Positions 27,890 through 39,782 of a stretch of DNA of 64,000 nt are shown in pieces. The DNA is from Octopus vulgaris (taxonomy: Eukaryota), in assembly GCA_951406725.2 (NCBI GenBank), contig OX597830.1:39990001-40054000 (forward strand). The letters are read 5' to 3'. Within the stretch, counting starts at the first letter, position 1, and each line of letters begins with the position of its first letter. A program made the position numbers and the translations under genes. The notes beneath the pieces are model-generated. The model had not been told where the DNA came from, made no database searches, and saw only the letters and a list, made by a program, of their open reading frames with translations.

Positions 27890-28027
27890 ATCAGGTGTTG
27901 AAGTGATTGCAAAGCAACGTGAGCCGAGCTGTTTTGCTCAAGAATACAACACACCGCTCAGAACATGAATTGAAACCACGATCTTAAGATTTTGAGAACA
28001 ATACCCTACCCACCAGACCATGTGCCT
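27890..28027 (-). mobile_element. SINE family C head, diverged
   Basis: Reverse-complement similarity to 50281-50420. Confidence 0.6.
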
Positions 28028-28495
28028 TGGCATAAATATATTACTCAATCAAATTGCAACAGAATCTGATTAACATGTTTTATTTTTGCATTTTTTACAA
28101 TTTTAAAATATTCCGTAATATGACAACACAAGTACTTTCATGCTTTCCACAGTCTTCACGTATTTGTAATAGTAATATTAATCAACGGTGGTGTTTCCTA
28201 ATTGAGTATTGACAGTTATCCAATGAGAAGCACAACTCTTTATAAAATTGAAAAAAAAACCATCCCAGAATAAAATGTGAAATTTTCCATGAGCACAAAC
28301 ATGCATATATACACACACTAACCGATTCAGAAATCCACAGACCCCCCCTACCCCAATACTTGTCTTAACTGAAACAAAAGAGCTTTGCCAGTTGATTCGT
28401 GGCCTGCTTGAATTCTTCAAGTGAAAGAACTTAAATAAATTCTAAAGAACATACCTACATACATTTTATATAAGAATATATGTATGCATATATAC

Positions 28496-28570
<75 letters not shown>

Positions 28571-28574
<4 letters not shown>

Positions 28575-30436
28575 TATACCTCGGCTTAAGTCATTTCGAT
28601 TATACGTCGGTTTTCAAAAGTAATATATTGAAAAATAAAAATCAAGTTAAGTCATTTTACTCGACTTTCACAAATATTGGAATCATAAAATCACTAGAAA
28701 ACCGTTAAAGGCACATAAAATCATGTTTCTGTGCAATAAATCTAAAAGAATATAAAATCCTATTAAAATATGTACAGTAAATGTTAAGATACACACCATA
28801 AAGTAATGTAGCTTAGTGAACGAAATCATGAAATCAGCTGTGCTGTCTTATTTATCGGTCTTTCGGAGCACATATAGCACAGTAGTTCCAAATATCTAAC
28901 GTTAGGCGTCGTTGTCACTGTGATTCCCGCGATTGTTTTGAATTCAGATTTGTTTACATCTGTTTATCGGCTACTTTCTCATTTTCATTAATTTGTGACT
29001 TCATCTTTCTTTTCCTTGTGGCTCCTAAGAAAATTCATAGTACAAGTGCTAAGCGTCGTGCTATAACGCTGGAAGATAAAACTGGCTATGATAAAACGCC
29101 ATGAGAAAGGTGAAAACGTGGTAGCAATAACACGATCTTCTGGAATGAATCGTCCAACTGTACATAATAAGGACAAGATTTTTGCACATATCAAATCTGA
29201 AGCACCAGGGATGAACACTGTCATCAATAAGAAGATAGGCAAAATGTTTGAAGAAATGGAAAGTTTTCTTTCTCTTTAGATTGCTAGTTTGAATTGTCAG
29301 CGTGCTGTTAGTAGTCAAGAAATCGTTCAAGAGAAAGCGTTGTCTTTGTTTGAGGACCTGAAGAAAAAATATCCAGATGAGAAAGATATAGAGTTCAAGG
29401 CAAGTCAAGGATGGTTCATGAGATTTAAGGAGCAAAGAGGTTATCACTCCATTAAGAAGCAAGGTGAAAGTACATCAGCTGACGAACAAGCAGCAGCGGT
29501 CTTTCCTAATGCATTAAAGAAAATCATCGAAGTAAACGAATTTCTTCCCGAACAGATTTTCAACGTAAATAAACTGGATTGTATTGGAAAAAATTGACAG
29601 ACGTTCATTCATTTGTAAAGAGGAGACATTATTCCAGGCTACAATGTCTCAAAAGACCGTGTGACCATTATGTTGAGAGGTAATTGTGCAAGAGATTTTA
29701 TGTTAAAGCCATTGCTTGTGTATCATGCACACAACCCCCGTGCCCTGAAGAACATATCCAAGGCATTTCTCCCTGTTATATGGATGGCTAATTCAAAAGC
29801 AGCTGCTTTTGAAGATTTATCCCAGCAGCAGAGAAGTACTGTAAGGAGAAGGAGATTCCTTTTAAATCACCAAATTGTATCAACGTATTGGTAAATTTAA
29901 AATAATTTAGTTTTTTTTTACTATCGCAAAATAATAATAATTACTGAATTTCTTTTTTAAGCTTAAAAAAGGCTTTTATTTTACCATGTCTTAGTGTAAA
30001 CTGAATTCATAAATAAAGTGTCCGTGTTGTACGGTAAACACCGCCAAATTGTATTCGCAAATTTAGATTGCTTTGTTTTTTTTACTGTACTGAATAAAAA
30101 ATAAAAATTATTTGTTTGTAAGCTTAAAATAGATGTTTATTAACCATGTATTATTGAAAATGCATTCATGAGATACCTTTAATGATTCTTCACAATTATT
30201 TCTGTACCAAATTTGCTTGCAACACCAGTTTACGCAAAGATTTGAAGTGGAGATTTACGTAATGAGTACGGTTTTAGGCATAAGAGTGATACCTCAATAG
30301 ACTTACATCAATTAAAGTACAGAACTGGGAATGGTTATTATTGGTTTAGCCTAAAGACAAATAAATTCTGCCAAGATACAAGTTAATTCGACTTCTGCCT
30401 TGTCTCCTGGAACCAATTAACGACGTAGAATGAAGT

Positions 30437-30443
<7 letters not shown>
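28571..30443 (+). mobile_element. Tigger/pogo DNA transposon, internally deleted
   Basis: Degenerate TIRs TAGGTATACCTCG / TGAAGTATACATA in TA tracts, with transposase relics inside. Confidence 0.85.
29018..29870 (+). pseudogene. TIGD1-like (CENP-B HTH + DDE_1) transposase remnant
   Basis: APKK...ITLEDKLAMIKRHEKG, FKASQGWFMRFK, GESTSAD, PEQIFNV, KDRVTIMLRGN, LKPLLVYHAHNPRALKN, LPVIWMANSKA. Confidence 0.88.
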
Positions 30444-30470
<27 letters not shown>

Positions 30471-30473
<3 letters not shown>

Positions 30474-30812
30474 ATTTCGGGACGGCGGTCATTTTTCTTT
30501 TAGCCAAATAAACACACGCACTATATATTCGTCCTTCACTCGTTTATTACTGTTCTTATTCTAACTCATTGTCCATTGCACGGAAATCTTTCGTCACACA
30601 TCTGTGATCTCCTCACCGACACTTTCCGTCTTCGTGTGTGCTCTTGCTCTGCTTATTCCATTTCCGGACGATGGACACGAGTTAGAATAAGAACATTAAT
30701 TAATGACTGGAGAACAAACGTGTGTGTGTTTATTTCGCAAAACAAAATAAAAAACATCCTGAAATACAACAATATTTGTTTTAACACACGACTTCACATC
30801 AGGAATCTTGCG

Positions 30813-30816
<4 letters not shown>
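30471..30816. repeat. Diverged foldback cassette with HHR relic and tail
   Basis: ~30471-30575 inverted at ~30671-30768. Minus strand 30581-30620 reads GUGAGGA-GaUCACA-gaug-UGUGAC-GAAA-GAUUUC. Confidence 0.7.
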
Positions 30817-30861
<45 letters not shown>

Positions 30862-31226
30862 CGAGGTGGAATGTTGAGAAAGCCTACTTGTCTAGTGAAG
30901 GGTTTTGACAAAGGAGTAAATTGCTTCAATAATAAATTAGTTGTAAATCTCAAGCGATGTACTAGTTCTTTTACGCAAATAAGTACACATTAAAATATAA
31001 ACAAACGTACGTGTCCTTATATGAGAAAAAGTATGATAGCTGGAAAGAGATCAAGATATAAACAAAAACAAAAAAACACAACATGCAAGTACACAAACAC
31101 GCGTATACGCATACACACAAACACATGCAGACAGACACCAACGCACAAACGCTTTTGTTTAGATCGGAAGAGAGTGACGGTAGAGTGAATATTTGACTAT
31201 GGATGTGTGTTTGTGTGTGTGTGTGA

Positions 31227-31284
<58 letters not shown>

Positions 31285-31439
31285 AGATATAGATATATAT
31301 TTGTGTATATATATATATACATATATATATATACATATATATATATATACTCATGCACACACATATATATATATGCTTGTATAAGTGTATATATTAACAC
31401 ATAATAAACATAACATGAATTTGTTTATATATATATATC

Positions 31440-31506
<67 letters not shown>

Positions 31507-31568
31507 ACAGACAGGCAAACAGACAGATAGATATGATGTGAGATATATATATATATATTTTTTTTATT

Positions 31569-31609
<41 letters not shown>

Positions 31610-31635
31610 TATCTATATATAATATATATAGATAT

Positions 31636-31740
<105 letters not shown>

Positions 31741-32198
31741 AAACACTACACATTAACTACAGGGCATCACCAACGAGCGAAAAACGCGTAAACGCAACGT
31801 GAGACTAGTACGGGACAAAATACCAAAAGAAGATGTGTGTGTGTGTGTGTACATACACATACATACATGTGTATGTGTGCGTGTGCGTTACGTGTATCTT
31901 TAGATGGGATGGAGTGGGTATAGGAAAGATGAGGAGAGAGAATTAGAGAGGAATGTACCAGAAGTGTATGCTGGGAATGCTGAAGCAGAAATACTTCGTA
32001 ACGAAGAACTAGATTGGAGGTAGCGAGGAGAGAAGTGAAAGGGTGAAAGACAGGGGTCTTTGATAATAACAGTACAGATAAGGAAGAGGAGGAGGAGGAG
32101 GAGGAGGAGGAGGAGGAGGAGGAAACAACGAGAGATGATTAAGAAGCTGGTGATCACGTTAGGAAGAGGTAGAGTAGTAAAAATATATGATAGTTCCG

Positions 32199-32271
<73 letters not shown>

Positions 32272-32273
<2 letters not shown>

Positions 32274-32795
32274 AGTGGGTCTCATGGCTTCTGATCTTAA
32301 ATGATTGGAAGTGTTATCATGTACATTGTTTTGTCTTGGTATAAAAGATGGGCTACAGCAAATATTCTGCTCAATACCACAGATTTGCTTGTCAGTTGTT
32401 TGACCTTAACCAATTGAGCATGTCCCTCAGTGGCTGACGATATGTGCATCTCTGGTCACGAGCAGAAATAGTTGGGGAGCATCATAGTCATGTGCTGAGA
32501 GGGATTCTTTGGGGTTTGAATAATTCACCTTTGGAAACATGGGTGGATCGTTCAACATCTTTAAACAACCCTTATTCAAGGACCTTTTTTGCGGGATGGG
32601 CTAATCAACCTTAAGAAAATTCTTACTGGGCCCCACCTGCAAGGTCATTTGCTCTTTATTTTGATATGAGATCATTATGTTGCGCACATATGGTTGTGAT
32701 TTATCTGCCTGGTGTTCCCTTATCAGACGGGTAGCCATGGGCTTTGTATATTTTCCTCCAGTATCACTTTGATAGCATGCGCTGTTTTCTCACTC
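32272..32795 (+). mobile_element. Non-coding repeat inserted in (TAA)n
   Basis: Flanked by (TAA)n on both sides. Its first ~330 bp recur inverted at 33421-33750. Confidence 0.75.
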
Positions 32796-32868
<73 letters not shown>

Positions 32869-32926
32869 CAACAACAACAACAACAATAATAATAATAATA
32901 ATTAATTATTATCATTATTATTATCA

Positions 32927-32990
<64 letters not shown>

Positions 32991-32992
32991 GA

Positions 32993-33205
32993 AAGGTGGC
33001 AATCTGGCAGAATCGTTAGTACGTCGGGCGAAATGCATTGTGGTATTTCGTTTTCTTGATGTTCTGATTTCAAATGCTGTCTGAGTCGACTTTGCCTTTC
33101 ATCCTTTTGCGGACGATAAAAGTAGTAGCAGTTGCGCACTGGGGTCGATGTAATCGACTTAATCCCTTCCCCCAAATTCGAGGCCTTGTGCTTCCAACAG
33201 AAAGG

Positions 33206-33206
<1 letters not shown>
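32993..33206 (+). mobile_element. SINE family B
   Basis: GGCAATCTGGCAGAATCGTTAG head and GCCTTTCATCCTTT core. Confidence 0.8.
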
Positions 33207-33272
<66 letters not shown>

Positions 33273-33281
33273 GGGCAATGT

Positions 33282-33369
33282 GCATGATAACACTTCCAAT
33301 CAGTTAAGATCAGAAGCCATGAGAGCCACTGCCTGGTACTGCATCAGAGCAGTTGGTACTGCATCAGGG

Positions 33370-33421
<52 letters not shown>

Positions 33422-33770
33422 ACCCATCCCGCTCAAAAGGTCCCTGAATAAGGGTTGTTTAAGGATGTTGAACGAAACACCCATGTTTCCAGGGGTGAAA
33501 TATTCAAACTCCCAAAAAATCCCTCTCAGCATATGACTATAATGCTCCCCCACTACTTCGGCTCGTGATCAGAGATGCACATATTGTCAGCCACTAAAGG
33601 ACATGGTCAACTGGTTAAGGTCAAACAACTGACAAGCAAATCTGTGGTATTGAGCAGAATATTTGCTGTAGCATATTTTTATACTAAGACAAAACAATGT
33701 ACATGATAACATTTCCAATCAGTTAAGATCAGACGCCATGAGAACCACTGCCTGGTACTGCATCAGGACA
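33282..33770 (-). mobile_element. (TAA)n-associated repeat, second copy plus 5'-end fragments
   Basis: Minus strand starts G(C/T)CCTGATGCAGTACCAGGCAGTGG. Partial heads at 33282-33372. Confidence 0.75.
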
Positions 33771-33772
33771 TC

Positions 33773-33932
<160 letters not shown>

Positions 33933-33939
33933 TCTACTG

Positions 33940-34131
33940 AAATCATAAGGCATCAAATATGAGGGAAGGGATTAAGTCGATTACATCGACCCCAGCGCGT
34001 AACTGGTACTTATTTAATCGACCCTAAAAAGATGAAAGGTAAAGTTAACCTCCGCCGAATTTGAACAGAGAACGTAGCAGCAGACGAAATACTGTAAAGC
34101 ATTTCGGCCGGCGTGCTAACGATTCTGCCAG
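33940..34131 (-). mobile_element. SINE family B
   Basis: Reverse-complement core and head. Confidence 0.8.
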
Positions 34132-34489
34132 ATACTTAGAAAAGTTTCTGAGAGGTGAATATGTTCAATAAAATCATAATTAACTGATCCTCTAGTATTT
34201 TCTTTTACTCAAATCCAGGAACTTTTCGGCACACCCTCTGCTATATATATATATTTGATTTTTTTATTTGCTTCAGTCATTTTGACCGGGGCCATGCTGG
34301 GGCACCGTCTTTAGTCGAGCAAATCGACCCCAGGAATTATTCTTTGTAAGCCTAGTATTTATTCTATCGGTCTTTTACCGAAGCGTTAAGTTACTGGAAC
34401 GTAAACACACCAACATCAGTTGTCATTAGATGGTGGGGTAAAACACAGACGCACAAATACACACACACTCACACACGCACACATACACT

Positions 34490-34531
<42 letters not shown>

Positions 34532-34725
34532 CGATGGGCTTCTTTCAGTTTCCATCTACCAAATCCACTCACAAAGCTTTGGTCGAACTGACCAAATGTC
34601 TTCTATAGTAGAAGACATTTGCCCAAGGTGCCATACAGCAGGACTGAACCCGGATCCATGTCGCTGGTAAAACCATATAGTATTCTGCGTGTGGAGTGAG
34701 TTTTCATCGATAGCTGGTGATTAAC

Positions 34726-34777
34726 ACATGCTGAGGACGGGTAACCACCCAGAAACTCGAGTTTGAGTTTATCATGT
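34726..34777 (+). ncRNA. Hammerhead-like motif
   Basis: ACAUG-CUGAGGA-c-GGGU-aacc-ACCC-a-GAAAC-UCGA-GUU...CAUGU. Stem I displaced by a small duplication. Confidence 0.55.
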
Positions 34778-34939
34778 AAGGCTAAAGATGGGAGCGATGA
34801 CCTCAACTCGCAAATACAAATCGGACACAGAATGTGTGTCGTTAGCCAGCTGAAAGATATGTTTTCCTGGGGCTATAAACGTCAGAAGTACTGTCCAGTA
34901 CAGGACGCCACACTTGTTTGGCAATTATATGTGTAGATA

Positions 34940-35142
34940 TATTCTCTTATTTGTTTCAGTCATTTTGACTGCGGCCATGCTGGGGCACCGCTTTTAGTCG
35001 AGCAAATCGAACCCAGGACTTATTCTTTGTAAGCCTAGTACTTATTCTATTGATCTCTTTTACCGAACTGCTATGTTACGGGAACGTAAACACACCAACA
35101 TCGGTTGTCAAGCGATGGTGGGGGACAAACATACACACACAC

Positions 35143-35183
<41 letters not shown>

Positions 35184-35184
35184 C

Positions 35185-35231
<47 letters not shown>

Positions 35232-35423
35232 TGTGTGTGTGTGTATACGCATATGCATACAATGGGCTTCTTTCAGTTTTCGTCTACCAAATCCACTTAC
35301 AAGGCTTTGGTTGGCCTGAGGCTGTAGTAGAAGACAATTGCCCATGGTGCCACGCAGTGAGACTGAATCCGGAATCATGTGGATGGTAAGCAAGCTATTT
35401 ACCACACAGCCACTCCTGCGCCT
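34940..35423 (-). mobile_element. SINE family A (another copy at ~34260-34670)
   Basis: Reverse-complement similarity to 374-800. Confidence 0.85.
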
Positions 35424-35854
35424 ATATATATATATTTGCACACACATTTACAAATATTTTCATTTCATGTGTAAACAGCCGTGTATGCTTGTGCAAATAT
35501 ATAATCTTGTGCATATATATACGCATATACACTAATACACATGTGTATACACATGCTAACACATAAAAGCATGAAATCTATTCACGCATAAAGATACCTG
35601 TGAATCCGGTCTTTAAAAAGTTTATCTAAAAGCTAACGTGTATCCTTACACATACATATGGAACTATATATCTTAATACATATAAGACGCATGGTTATGT
35701 TTGATTCGTGTAGGAAACTGACGGAAGAAAACAAAAGAAAAAGAAAGAGGAAAAAGAGAAGGAGACGTAGAAGAAACGGAGAGCTTATATTTAAGTATAA
35801 AGAGGCTGAACATGAGCTGGAATGGAGAGAGACAGGGTGGAGTGAGATAGGTAT

Positions 35855-36090
35855 GCGGCGAGCTGGCAGAATCATTAGCATGCCGGGCGAAATGCGTAGC
35901 CGTATTTCGTCTGTCGTTACGTTCTGAGTTCAAATTCCACCGAGGTCGACTTTGCCTTTCATCCTTTTGGGGTCGATAAATTAAGTACCAGTTACGCACT
36001 GGGGTTGATGTAATCGACCTAATTCGTTTGTCTGTCCTTGTTTGTCTCCTCTGCGTTTAGCCCCTTGTGGGCAGTAAAGAAACAGGTATA
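35855..36090 (+). mobile_element. SINE family B, full length
   Basis: GCGGCGAGCTGGCAGAATC head, GAGTTCAAATTCC B-box, tail GCCCCTTGTGGGCAGTAAAGAAA. Confidence 0.88.
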
Positions 36091-36367
36091 TTAAAACACA
36101 GTAACAAATAATTGGCGCTGAGATCGTGGAAACGATAACAAATAACGATGTGATAACAAAGAAAAATGCAAGGAAACTTAAAAGAGAAACGAAAGAAGCT
36201 AGCATTAATGTCGTAAGATGATAGGCATAACTGCGCATTTATGCACCTGTATTTGTTTGATTTTATTGTTTTGTACATGTACACCTGCATAAACATATAC
36301 GTGCACGCACACACAAAAGAACTCATTCACACACGCACACACGCACAACACACAAATACATGTGCGA

Positions 36368-36414
<47 letters not shown>

Positions 36415-36456
36415 TATCAATATGTATATGCATATAAGCGTGTGTGTATGTGTGTA

Positions 36457-36505
<49 letters not shown>

Positions 36506-36564
36506 AAAAAATGAAGTTCGAAAATGCTGCTGTATTATACAATTTTTAATTTTTATATATACAT

Positions 36565-36602
36565 TATAACATGTTTCAGTTCCTGAAATGAACCTTATCA
36601 AA
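36565..36602 (-). ncRNA. Degenerate minimal hammerhead near the PLE 3' end
   Basis: UUGAUAA-GGUUC-auuucag-GAACU-GAAAC-AU-GUU. Core mutated and stem I unclear. Confidence 0.4.
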
Positions 36603-36870
36603 AAAAGTTATATATAAAAAGAGACAGCTCATGCCGTCAAACACAAGAAATTCATTTATAATACACAACGGAGTCAGACATCTTAGAGTTCATGTATAGT
36701 TGATATATAGTTCATGTATAGTTGATATATAGTTTGAAGTATATGTTCAAAGTGTTCGATGCAGTGGCCCACGGTGGCGATACGTATTCAATACAAAAAA
36801 CAGATCAAAGTGGTGGAAAGCGGTCAATACAGAAGATTGATGTTTCCGAAAGAGCGAGGAATTCATTTTT

Positions 36871-37320
36871 ACCTTAAGCAATTGTGATGACCCATGGTGG
36901 AAGTTCGCTGGGTGGTTCTAGTGATTTTTTGTGAAATGCTTGGTTTTATAATGCCTGTTAGGTGGTCAATCTAGCGTAGCGTGACGTCATCAATGTTTTG
37001 ACCAATCGTTTCGTTAGGTGGCTTTAATCAAGTGGAACGGGACGTCATCATTATTTTGACCAATCGCTGCATTATAACTCCCTCTTGTTTGTTTCCTGTC
37101 TTGACCAGTCGCTTCGTTAGTCAAGCATAGCGGGATGTCATCCAGATTCTGCCCAATCACGACTTATAGCTACATTAGATCTGCCCCCTGTCTGTACTTG
37201 TTAGGTGACTATTCAAGCAGAAAAGGACGTCATCAATATTCTGACTAATGACTGTCCCCTGTTTGTATCCTGTCCATTCTAGCAGAGCTAGACGTCATCA
37301 ACTTGTTGACCAATCAGAAT
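36871..37320 (-). promoter_or_regulatory. pLTR promoter: five CRE+CCAAT modules, TATA, Inr, Kozak ATG, splice donor
   Basis: GA(C/T)GTCA at 36983, 37041, 37134, 37226, 37291, each followed at +19 by CCAAT (one CTAAT). TATAAAA 36950-36944, TCACT with A at 36922, CCACCATGG 36900-36892, AG|GTAAAA at 36873. Confidence 0.7.
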
Positions 37321-37484
37321 CGGGTCTGACCCTTAGCTGTATCGTATGTATCAGGGTCAGATTTGCACGAAAGAATTTTTTTCCCTTTTTTTACTAAGGC
37401 ATATTTCCGTCAGAGTGAGTGTCTGTTTGAAGTAGCGGCCGTGGTGAAATTTGGTTCTCCTTTTCGGAGGACTTATCTTTTGTT

Positions 37485-39782
37485 TTAGTATTCCTGGCCC
37501 AGGGTGTTTAAACTTGGTCTAAATTTTTTTATGAAATATAGTTCTTTATTTTGGCGTTGTGTGAAGGTTGCGTTGTCACTGAATTTATAGAGCGGGTTAG
37601 TTGTAAATTTCGGATTTACATTTCCAGCACATCTATCTATGTGTCCGCTGACCGGTATTTTGCGGTAATCAGGGTTTCTAATTTGTGATTTATGCACCGC
37701 CATCCTGTTACGTAAGCTATTTTTTGTATGGCCTATATACTGCCTATTGCAGCCTGCGCATGTTATGACGTAAATTAAGTTTTCTGATGCGCAGGTGAAG
37801 TTTGTTCTAATGGTGAACTGGTGGCCTTGTTCCAGTATAAATTCTGATCCTTCTTTCAAGATGACACAGATTCCGCAGTTGGGCCTTCCACATTTTCTAA
37901 CTGCTGGTTTTGTGGTTGATGTTGAGTGCAGTGTAGCTTGGGTTAAAATCCTTTTCAAGGATTTTGGTTGCCGTTTACTTTTAATGATGGTGTGTGTTTC
38001 GAGGATCCGGTTCATCTTTGGGTCTCCCTTTAGTAGGGCTGTGCTTTGTAGTATGGTGTTGAAGGCCTCATTGTTGAGTGGGTTGTGTGTAGAGATGTAG
38101 GGAAGGGTTTTTAATTGTTCTTTCTTTTTTGGTTTTGTTTGTCTCAGGTCTTCTATACTTAATTTATGTACCCGTTGGATTGCACTGTCTATTAGGGGCT
38201 GTGGATAGTTTCTATTTGTGAGTGTGGTTCTAAGTTCCTGGAGACGTGTGTGTCGGGTGTTTGTGTCTGATATTATGGTGCAAATCCTTCTAGCTAAACA
38301 AAAAGGGACATTCATTCTAGTGTGTCGTGGGTGGCATGAATCAAAGGGTAGGTACTGTTTAGAGTCTGTCGGTTTATAGTAGATATCTGTCTCTATTTTG
38401 TTGCCGGTTATCTTAATGAGGATGTCTAAAAATGGTAATTCTTTTTCGTTGTGGTCCATCGTGAATTGTATATTGTCATTTATTCCATTTAATAGAATTT
38501 TAAATTCCTCAAGTTTCTCTATGCCTTTGTCCCAGATGATGAAACAGTCATCGAGGTATCTTTTCCAGTTGTTATGGATATAGGTGGCGAAGGTGTTTCC
38601 ATATTTCTCGAGTGTCATCCGGTATAGTATTTTCTCGAGGTATCCCATCACTAGGTTGGCAAAAGATGGTGCAGTACGCGTGCCCATCGCTGTTCTCGAT
38701 CTTTGCCTGTAGAAATCATTGTCAAAAATAAAATAATTGTTCTCTAAAATGAATCTAAGTCCTTCTATTATAAGGTCTTTGTTTATGCGAGTTGGGAGTT
38801 CAAAGGGGTAGTTATTCAGCCAGAAGGTGATTGCTTCTATTCCTAGGTTGTGAGGGATGTTAGAATAAAGATTAACTACGTCGAATGATACTAGAAGGGT
38901 TTTCTCATTGACTGTTTTAGGGAGGTGGTTGAGCATATCTATATCGTCTCTTACGTAGCTTTTGATGTGTTTTAGGAAAGGTTTAAGAAGTGTGTCTAAG
39001 AAATTGCTGAGGCGGTGAGTTTCACATGCTGGCCCTGCTATTATCGGTCTTAGTTTAAGATCATTTGGTGAAGGGATTTTGATGAGTGTGTCGGTGGATG
39101 TTTTGCACGTTTTTCTAATGGTTTGGCTTTTGTGTACCTTAGGGATACCATAGAACAAACTCGATTTGCATTTGAAGTTAGTGATGTATTCATACTCCTT
39201 GTTCGTGAGTCCTTCTTGGTATGTGTTGATTAATGTCCTAAGGTTATGCATTATTTTTTGCTGGTTATACTGTTGGGCCCTTTCATAATACGTTTCATCT
39301 CTTAATAGGGATAGCACTAAATTTTTATAATTGTTTGTATTCATTATTACTATCGCGTTGCCCTTATCTGCCTCCTTAATTGTTATTGTTTTGTCTTCTC
39401 TTAGTTTGATGAGGTCGTTCCATTCTCTTTTGTTGAAGTTAGGGCTGTGTTTTTGTTTCTTGATGAATTGAAACGGGAAATTAGTTATGTAGTCACAATA
39501 GCGGTCTAAGGCTTTATTCTTACCTTTGGTGGGGGTGTGATTGCTCTTGTTTCTAGCTATTGAGTCCTCCTCTATTTGTTTGTCTTGAAATGCCTCGGTG
39601 AGTCTTAGTTTTCTGCAAAATTCCGAAATATCATCTTTCATTTCATAATAATTAGAACGTTGTGGTGTGGGTGTAAATTTAAGTCCTTTGGAGAGTATGC
39701 TTATTTCGTTAGGTGTAAGTTCTTTGTTTGAGAGATTGATTATCTTAATTACCTGAGGTTTCTTTTGTTTGTCCTTTGCCAT
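37485..39782 (-). CDS. PLE reverse transcriptase + GIY-YIG endonuclease, 765 aa, uninterrupted
   Basis: IINLS, ADKG, FYGIPKVHK, LRPII, SFDVVNLYSNIP, TAMG, RYLDD, LPFLD, YYKPTD, SCHP, CxxxxCxxC, LIYVITC..C..QYIG. The G of GTAMG is replaced by R. Confidence 0.93.
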   Translation of the reverse strand: MAKDKQKKPQVIKIINLSNKELTPNEISILSKGLKFTPTPQRSNYYEMKDDISEFCRKLRLTEAFQDKQIEEDSIARNKSNHTPTKGKNKALDRYCDYITNFPFQFIKKQKHSPNFNKREWNDLIKLREDKTITIKEADKGNAIVIMNTNNYKNLVLSLLRDETYYERAQQYNQQKIMHNLRTLINTYQEGLTNKEYEYITNFKCKSSLFYGIPKVHKSQTIRKTCKTSTDTLIKIPSPNDLKLRPIIAGPACETHRLSNFLDTLLKPFLKHIKSYVRDDIDMLNHLPKTVNEKTLLVSFDVVNLYSNIPHNLGIEAITFWLNNYPFELPTRINKDLIIEGLRFILENNYFIFDNDFYRQRSRTAMGTRTAPSFANLVMGYLEKILYRMTLEKYGNTFATYIHNNWKRYLDDCFIIWDKGIEKLEEFKILLNGINDNIQFTMDHNEKELPFLDILIKITGNKIETDIYYKPTDSKQYLPFDSCHPRHTRMNVPFCLARRICTIISDTNTRHTRLQELRTTLTNRNYPQPLIDSAIQRVHKLSIEDLRQTKPKKKEQLKTLPYISTHNPLNNEAFNTILQSTALLKGDPKMNRILETHTIIKSKRQPKSLKRILTQATLHSTSTTKPAVRKCGRPNCGICVILKEGSEFILEQGHQFTIRTNFTCASENLIYVITCAGCNRQYIGHTKNSLRNRMAVHKSQIRNPDYRKIPVSGHIDRCAGNVNPKFTTNPLYKFSDNATFTQRQNKELYFIKKFRPSLNTLGQEY

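Noticed and set aside
36961-37320. Repeat-spacer pattern resembling a CRISPR array
   Set aside because: Degenerate units with related spacers, eukaryotic PLE context, no cas genes.
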